Shown here: piece after piece, positions 17,287-22,341 of the stretch | How the letters are laid out: each line of letters starts with the position of its first letter | How positions within the stretch are numbered: position 1 is the first letter of the stretch | Assembly: GCA_046484865.1 (NCBI GenBank) | Contig: JAWOID010000142.1 | Span: 1 to 22,341 of the forward strand | Reading direction: 5' to 3' | DNA: 22,341 bases | Source: Candidatus Krumholzibacteriia bacterium | GTDB taxonomy: Bacteria > Krumholzibacteriota > Krumholzibacteriia > LZORAL124-64-63 | The notes under the pieces: model-generated | Database searches by the model: none | Seen by the model: only the letters and a program-made list of their open reading frames with translations | What the model was told of the DNA's origin: nothing | Position numbers and translations under genes: made by a program

Positions 17287-18675
17287 GTGACCGAGAAGAA
17301 GCACGACCTCGTGGTGATCGGCGCCGGACCGGGCGGCTACGTGGCTGCCATCCGCGCCGCGCAGCTCGGCCTGGACACCGCCTGCGTGGACCGGGAGGAA
17401 CGCCTCGGAGGCACCTGTCTGCGGGTGGGTTGCATCCCCAGCAAGGCTCTGCTGGAGTCGAGCGAGAAGTACCACGAGGCGCGCGGCGGGCTGGCGGACC
17501 ACGGCATCACCGTGGGCGAGGTGGCGCTCGACCTCGATGTCCTGCTCCGGCGCAAGGACGACGTGGTGGTCAGCCTCACCGACGGCGTGGCCGCCCTCTT
17601 CAAGAAGAACAAGGTCGTCCGTTACCAGGGATCGGCCCGTCTGGACGGTCCCGGCCGGGTGATCGTGGAAGGGCCCGACGCCGCCGTGATCACGGCCGAA
17701 CACGTCGTGATCGCGACCGGCAGCGTGCCGGCGCCCCTGCCGGGCGTGAGGATGGACGGCGAGATCGTCGGCGATTCCACCGCCGCCCTCTCCTACCCGG
17801 CGGTGCCGGGGCATCTCGTCGTGATCGGTGCCGGTTACATCGGTCTGGAGCTGGGCTCGGTGTGGCGGAGGCTCGGCGCCGAGGTCACGGTCGTCGAGTA
17901 CCTGGACCGCATCCTGCCCGGGATGGATGCCGAGCTGGCCCGCGAGGCGCTGAAGCTGTTCAAGCGACAAGGCATGCGCTTCCAGCTCGGAGCGCGCGTG
18001 ACCGGCGCCCGGCGCGACGGCGGGGGCGCCGTGGTGGAGATCGAGGGTGCCGAACCCCTGAGCTGCGAACGCGTGCTGGTGGCGGTCGGCCGCCGCCCGT
18101 ACACCGAGGACCTGGGCCTGGAGACGGTCGGCCTGGAACTGGACGACGACGGCCGGATCCCGGTGGACGGACGCTACCGGACGTCGGCGCCCGGGGTATT
18201 CGCGATCGGCGACGTCGTGAGCGGCCCGATGCTCGCCCACAAGGCCATGGACGAGGGTGTGGCCTGCGTCGAGTCGATCGCCGGCCAGGCCGGTCACGTG
18301 AATTACGACGCCATCCCCGCCGTGTGCTATACTGATCCGGAGATCGCCGCCGTCGGCAAGACGGAGGACGAGTTGAAGGAAGCGCAGATCCCCTACCGGA
18401 AGGGCGTTTTCTTCGTGCGAGCGGTCAGCCGCTCGCGCACGATGGGGCGCATCGACGGGCGCCTGAAGGTGCTCGCCCACGCCGAGACCGACCGCGTGCT
18501 CGGAGTGCACATCATCGGTCCCCGGGCGGGCGACCTCATCGCCGAGGCGGTGGCCGCCATGGCGTTCGGCGCCTCGAGCGAGGACATCGCCCAGGTCTGC
18601 CACGCGCACCCCACCCTCGCCGAGGGCCTCAAGGAGGCGGCGCTGGCGGTGGCGGGACGCCCGATCCACGCCTGA
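17287..18675 (+). CDS. lpdA: Dihydrolipoyl dehydrogenase (E3)
   Basis: GAGPGGYVAA FAD motif, redox-active GGTCLRVGCIPSK, GAGYIGLE NAD motif and HAHPTLAE. GTG start with RBS. Confidence 0.97.
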   Translation: MTEKKHDLVVIGAGPGGYVAAIRAAQLGLDTACVDREERLGGTCLRVGCIPSKALLESSEKYHEARGGLADHGITVGEVALDLDVLLRRKDDVVVSLTDGVAALFKKNKVVRYQGSARLDGPGRVIVEGPDAAVITAEHVVIATGSVPAPLPGVRMDGEIVGDSTAALSYPAVPGHLVVIGAGYIGLELGSVWRRLGAEVTVVEYLDRILPGMDAELAREALKLFKRQGMRFQLGARVTGARRDGGGAVVEIEGAEPLSCERVLVAVGRRPYTEDLGLETVGLELDDDGRIPVDGRYRTSAPGVFAIGDVVSGPMLAHKAMDEGVACVESIAGQAGHVNYDAIPAVCYTDPEIAAVGKTEDELKEAQIPYRKGVFFVRAVSRSRTMGRIDGRLKVLAHAETDRVLGVHIIGPRAGDLIAEAVAAMAFGASSEDIAQVCHAHPTLAEGLKEAALAVAGRPIHA

Positions 18676-18758
18676 GTTTCGCCCCGTCCCCGGGCTCGAT
18701 AGCCCGCCCGGAGCGCCGATCCCGGCCCCGGCTGCTTGCGACCCCCGAAAATCGGTAC

Positions 18759-18795
18759 TGGACTTCGCCGGTCTAATCAGTAATAATAATCATTG
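18759..18795 (+). promoter_or_regulatory. AT-rich putative promoter of the secreted protein at 18821
   Basis: TGGACT (18759-18764), 17-nt spacer, AATAAT (18782-18787), within CTAATCAGTAATAATAATCATT. Confidence 0.4.
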
Positions 18796-18820
18796 GTCGT
18801 AGGACTCCGGGAGAGGCACC

Positions 18821-19435
18821 ATGAAACCTGTCTGCCGTCTGCTGTCGGGCGCGTTGATCGCGCTGATCGCCGTGCTCGGAACCGTCACCGGCGCAAAAGC
18901 CGAGTGCATGATCACGGGCGACATCACCGCCGATTTGGTCGCGCATGAACTCGGCATGTACCGATACACCCTCGAGGTCGCGTGGGACACGGGTTCCCCG
19001 TACGCGCTGAGCCACTTCAACGTGCTGATCGATCCCCCCGGCGGGGCCTGCGCCTGCGGCGACGTGGCATCGGCCCTGGCCTGGGAATCGCCGGCGGGCA
19101 CGTCCGTCAGCCCGCCCGACATCTGCACCGTCGATTTCGACGCCTTCATCGAGTGCGACGGCGACCCGAGCGTGCCCGGCGACGAGGGGATCATCCTCAA
19201 GTTCGAGCCGCGGGAGGACGACTGCGAGCCCGGCGCCAGCGGCTCCGGCACGTTCGTCTTCTACTCCGACTACGCCCCCGCACCGGTGAACGAGGAGGGC
19301 ATGTTCCTCCTCGACAAGCACGCCGGTTTCGCGTGCCCGGGCCTGCTGACCGGTGTCTTCCCGGGGTTGCCCTGCGATCCGGTGAGCGCCCGAGCGACCA
19401 GCTGGAGCGGCATCAAGCAGACGTTTCGCGACTGA
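18821..19435 (+). CDS. Secreted Cys-rich acidic hypothetical protein with C-terminal TW tag
   Basis: GGAGAGG RBS; signal peptide ending AKA/E; 8 Cys in the mature part; ends CDPVSARATSWSGIKQTFRD. Confidence 0.75.
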   Translation: MKPVCRLLSGALIALIAVLGTVTGAKAECMITGDITADLVAHELGMYRYTLEVAWDTGSPYALSHFNVLIDPPGGACACGDVASALAWESPAGTSVSPPDICTVDFDAFIECDGDPSVPGDEGIILKFEPREDDCEPGASGSGTFVFYSDYAPAPVNEEGMFLLDKHAGFACPGLLTGVFPGLPCDPVSARATSWSGIKQTFRD

Positions 19436-19469
19436 TCGAGGCGCCTGCATCGATCGGCCCGCCGCGAGG

Positions 19470-19495
19470 GGAGCCCCGGCCGTTGCCGGGGCTCC
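19470..19495 (+). terminator. Probable terminator hairpin
   Basis: Perfect 11-bp stem GGAGCCCCGGC-CGTT-GCCGGGGCTCC, 35 nt after the stop; weak U-tract. Confidence 0.55.
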
Positions 19496-19499
19496 TGGC

Positions 19500-19528
19500 T
19501 TGCTCCGCACCGCCCGTGCCCTATCGTT
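19500..19528 (+). promoter_or_regulatory. Putative sigma70 promoter of the acyltransferase
   Basis: TTGCTC (19500-19505), 17-nt spacer, TATCGT (19523-19528). Confidence 0.4.
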
Positions 19529-19585
19529 AGTCGCGAGGCGCAAGGACTCGCGGGCGGACTCCCGCGCCAGATCCTTGCCGTTGCC

Positions 19586-20446
19586 ATGCTGACGACCTTC
19601 GCCATCCGCGCCGGCTGCGCCGTGTTCCAGACCCTCCCCGAGCGGCAGGCCCTCCGCCTGGGACGGGGCCTCGGACTGCTCTGGTATCACGCGGTGCGGT
19701 ACCGGCGCGCCCACGTCCGGCGCTCGCTGAGCCTGGCATTCCACGATCTCACATCCCACGAGCTGCGCGCCCTGACCCGGGCGAACTTCGTCCACTACGG
19801 CCAGGTGCTGGCCGAGACGGCACGGCTGCCCCTGCTCGTTCCCGCCTCGCTCGCGCGCCACGTGGAATTCACCGGCAGCGAGCGCTTCGAGGAGGCCCGG
19901 GCCCGCGGCCGCGGGGTGGTGCTCATCAGCGGCCACTACGGCAACTGGGACCTGCTGGCGGTGGCGCAGGCGCTGGCGGGGTACGAGATCCACGTGGTCA
20001 CCCGGCGCCTGCACAGCCGCGGCGCCGACCGCGCCTGGCAGGAGATGCGGCGGGCTCAGGGCGTGCGCTTCCTGCCTGACCACGGCTCCAGCCGCGACAT
20101 CCTGCGCCTGCTGCGCGCCGGCAAGACGGTGGGACTGATCCTCGACCAGCACGTGGGGGGACGGCGGGGAGTGCCGGTCCGCTTCCTGGGCCGGCCGGCC
20201 TGGACGGCGCGTGCGGCGGCAGTTCTGGCGGCCCGCACCGGTTGCGCCGTGCTGCCCGTGTTCAACTGCCGCGGCGACGGCCGCTATCACGTGGAGTTCG
20301 GACCGGAGATCCCGCTGGCCGTCGGCCGGGACGCCGCCGAGACGGAACTGCTGACGACCCAGCGCTACAGCGACGTGCTGGAAGCGTTCATTCGACGCCA
20401 TCCGGAACAGTGGCTATGGGCCCACCGGCGCTGGAAGGAAGGCTGA
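19586..20446 (+). CDS. Lipid A late acyltransferase-like (LpxL/HtrB family) lysophospholipid acyltransferase
   Basis: GVVLISGHYGNWD catalytic H-x4-D, GLILDQH, VRFLGRPA and C-terminal IRRHPEQWLWAHRRWK. Confidence 0.88.
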   Translation: MLTTFAIRAGCAVFQTLPERQALRLGRGLGLLWYHAVRYRRAHVRRSLSLAFHDLTSHELRALTRANFVHYGQVLAETARLPLLVPASLARHVEFTGSERFEEARARGRGVVLISGHYGNWDLLAVAQALAGYEIHVVTRRLHSRGADRAWQEMRRAQGVRFLPDHGSSRDILRLLRAGKTVGLILDQHVGGRRGVPVRFLGRPAWTARAAAVLAARTGCAVLPVFNCRGDGRYHVEFGPEIPLAVGRDAAETELLTTQRYSDVLEAFIRRHPEQWLWAHRRWKEG

Positions 20447-20579
20447 CGAGCCGGGGGCGCCGCCGCCGAGCCGTGAAGGAGCCGGCGCACCGCCGGGGCT
20501 TTCCGCGCACCGGGACCGGAGCTATGATGTCGCCAGCTCGCATCGCCAGGGCCGCTGCTGCTCGGGGGAGATCCGGTTC

Positions 20580-22052
20580 ATGAAGATCCTGCTCGTGGCA
20601 CCTCGCACTCCCGAGACGTTCTGGAGCTTCCGCTACGCCCTGCGCTTCGTCGGCCGCAAGGCCGCCCTGCCGCCGCTGGGCCTGCTCACGGTGGCCGGAA
20701 TGCTGCCGCGCCGGTGGGAACTGCGGCTGGTGGACCTGAACGTGCGCCAGCTTCGGGATTGCGACCTGAAGTGGGCGGATGCGGTGCTCGTCAGCGGCCT
20801 GCTCATCCACCGCGACTCGGTCCTGGAGACCGCCGCGCGAGCGCAGGCGCTCGGCAGGACGGTGATCGCCGGCGGCCCGCTGATCACCGGGCCGGACGAC
20901 CGCCTGCCGCATGTGGACGCCGTGGTGGCGGGCGAGGCCGAGGAGCTGATCGAACGCCTGTGCCGCGACCTCGGGCGCGGCGAACTGCGCGCCGCGTACG
21001 TGGCCGACGGCTTCCCCGACATCACCCGCACGCCGGCGCCGCGCTGGGACCTGGTGCGCCTGGAGGATTACGCCTCGCTCGCCCTGCAGTTCAGCCGCGG
21101 CTGCCCGTTCGACTGCGAGTTCTGCGACATCGTGGCGCTCAACGGCCGCGTGCCGCGCCTGAAGACGCCCGCCCAGATGGTGGCGGAGCTGGAGGTGCTG
21201 CGCCTGCTCGGCTGGCGCGGCACGGTGTTCATCGTCGACGACAACTTCATCGGGAATCGCCGCATGGTGAAGGAACTGCTGCGCAGCATCATCGGCTGGC
21301 GGCGGGACACCGGGGCGCAGATGACCTTCTACACCGAAGCGTCGGTGAACCTCGCCGATGACCCGGAGCTGCTGCAGCTGATGGTGGCGGCGGGCTTCAA
21401 GAAGGTGTTCCTGGGGATCGAGACGCCGGATTGCGAGGCCCTGAAGCAGTGCCGGAAGGTGCAGAACACCGGGCGCGACCTGGTGAAGGTGGTGCACGAA
21501 CTGCAGGGCGCCGGACTCGAGGTGATGGGCGGATTCATCGTCGGCTTCGACGACGACCAGCCGGACATCTTCACCCGTCAGTTCGAGTTCATCCAGCAGG
21601 CCGGGGTGGTGACGGCGATGGTCGGACTCCTGCAGGCCGTGCCTCGCTCCCGCCTCTACCAGCGGCTGGCGTGCGAAGGACGGTTGCTGGGCGAGAGCCT
21701 GGGCGACAACACGCGGTCGGCCCTGAATTTCGAGACCCGACTGCCCCGCGAGTTCCTGATCGAGAACTATCGCAGGCTCATGCACCGCCTCTACGAGCCG
21801 CATGCCTACTACCAGCGCGCACGGGCGTTCCTGGCGCAGTACCGGCCAGGCGGGCCGCCCGGCCACCACTCGCACCAGGACGTTCAGGCGCTCTTCAAGT
21901 CGCTCTGGCTGCTGGGCGTGGTGCACCGCGGGCGGCGGGCGTTCTGGCGCTTCTGCATGGCCACCCTGCTGCGTCAGCCCGCCCGCTTCGGTCTGGCCAT
22001 CACGCTGGCCATCTATGGCCACCACTTCCGGCAGGTCTCGCGGACGCTATGA
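20580..22052 (+). CDS. Cobalamin-binding radical SAM protein (DUF4070-type, HpnP-like architecture)
   Basis: N-terminal TFWSF...PPLGLLTVAGMLP B12 domain, SRGCPFDCEFCD CxxxCxxC, VDDNFIGN, VFLGIETP, GGFIVGFDDD and C-terminal GHHF. Confidence 0.9.
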   Translation: MKILLVAPRTPETFWSFRYALRFVGRKAALPPLGLLTVAGMLPRRWELRLVDLNVRQLRDCDLKWADAVLVSGLLIHRDSVLETAARAQALGRTVIAGGPLITGPDDRLPHVDAVVAGEAEELIERLCRDLGRGELRAAYVADGFPDITRTPAPRWDLVRLEDYASLALQFSRGCPFDCEFCDIVALNGRVPRLKTPAQMVAELEVLRLLGWRGTVFIVDDNFIGNRRMVKELLRSIIGWRRDTGAQMTFYTEASVNLADDPELLQLMVAAGFKKVFLGIETPDCEALKQCRKVQNTGRDLVKVVHELQGAGLEVMGGFIVGFDDDQPDIFTRQFEFIQQAGVVTAMVGLLQAVPRSRLYQRLACEGRLLGESLGDNTRSALNFETRLPREFLIENYRRLMHRLYEPHAYYQRARAFLAQYRPGGPPGHHSHQDVQALFKSLWLLGVVHRGRRAFWRFCMATLLRQPARFGLAITLAIYGHHFRQVSRTL

Positions 22053-22055
22053 TGC

Positions 22056-22087
22056 GGCCGGCCGGTACCGGGCGGCACCGGCCGGCC
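22056..22087. terminator. Hairpin between convergent genes
   Basis: 11-bp inverted repeat GGCCGGCCGGT / ACCGGCCGGCC; low-complexity GC, no U-tract. Confidence 0.35.
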
Positions 22088-22108
22088 CGGCCGCGATCAT
22101 CTCGAAGA

Positions 22109-22341
22109 TCACTCCACCCGCACCAGCTTGGTGATGGTCTGCTGTCCGTTCGCCGTCAGGCGCGCCAGGTACACGCCGCCGGGCGCCTCTGCGCCCGACT
22201 CCGTCCGGCCGTCCCACACCAGCACGCCGGTGCCGATGTCGCGGCTGTCGTTCAGGAGCGTGCGCACCCTGCGTCCGGCCACGTCGTAGATGTCGACCTG
22301 CGCCGGTCCACCTCGGCTGAGCGAGTACTGGAGCGTCACCG
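22109..22341 (-). CDS. 3' end of a protein with a FlgD-Ig/T9SS-type-A-like C-terminal domain (runs off the window)
   Basis: IYDVAGRRVRTL...WDGRTESG...PGGVYLARL...TKLVRVE*, the same domain pattern as the two paralogues. Confidence 0.8.
   Translation of the reverse strand, partial: VTLQYSLSRGGPAQVDIYDVAGRRVRTLLNDSRDIGTGVLVWDGRTESGAEAPGGVYLARLTANGQQTITKLVRVE

Noticed and set aside
18397..18450. LpdA segment RKGVFFVRAVSRSR deviating from the usual GKFPF.AN.RA
   Set aside because: The frame and all catalytic motifs are intact; ordinary divergence, not a frameshift.
12596..19375. TW tag starts at codon 185 in both small proteins
   Set aside because: Real, but with only two proteins and no visible similarity elsewhere it is probably coincidence; not treated as separate evidence.
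16558..22025. Minus-strand ORFs of 703, 542 and 545 aa
   Set aside because: Antisense to sucB/lpdA, the acyltransferase and the radical SAM gene; no independent evidence.

Overview
A high-GC (roughly 70%, estimated by eye) bacterial chromosomal segment with 16 credible CDS, mostly on the + strand. No rRNA, tRNA, CRISPR array or mobile element is evident. The housekeeping and metabolic genes are a FetAB/YbbLM-type ABC pair, a DSD1-type fold-type III PLP enzyme, a DUF3228-like protein, an orphan hexapeptide N-acyltransferase, a sucA-sucB-lpdA 2-oxoglutarate dehydrogenase operon, an LpxL/HtrB-type acyltransferase and a cobalamin-dependent radical SAM protein. Six predicted exported proteins are interspersed: a Gly-rich 15-aa-repeat surface protein, two tandem ~1,030-aa paralogues plus a partial third gene ending in a FlgD-Ig/T9SS-type-A-like C-terminal domain, and two dissimilar ~205-aa Cys-rich proteins sharing a gapless 18-aa C-terminal tag (CxP[LV]xAxAx[TS]WSx[VI][RK]xxF). 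This secretome style suggests an FCB-group candidate lineage (Krumholzibacteriota/Latescibacterota/Eisenbacteria-like); that is inference only. The best candidate for an undescribed system is the short 'TW' C-terminal tag, a possible protein-sorting signal working alongside the T9SS-like domain. Several non-coding signals also merit checking: an ECF-type promoter, a palindrome over a -10 box, a 16-bp tandem repeat in a divergent promoter and a structured sucA leader.
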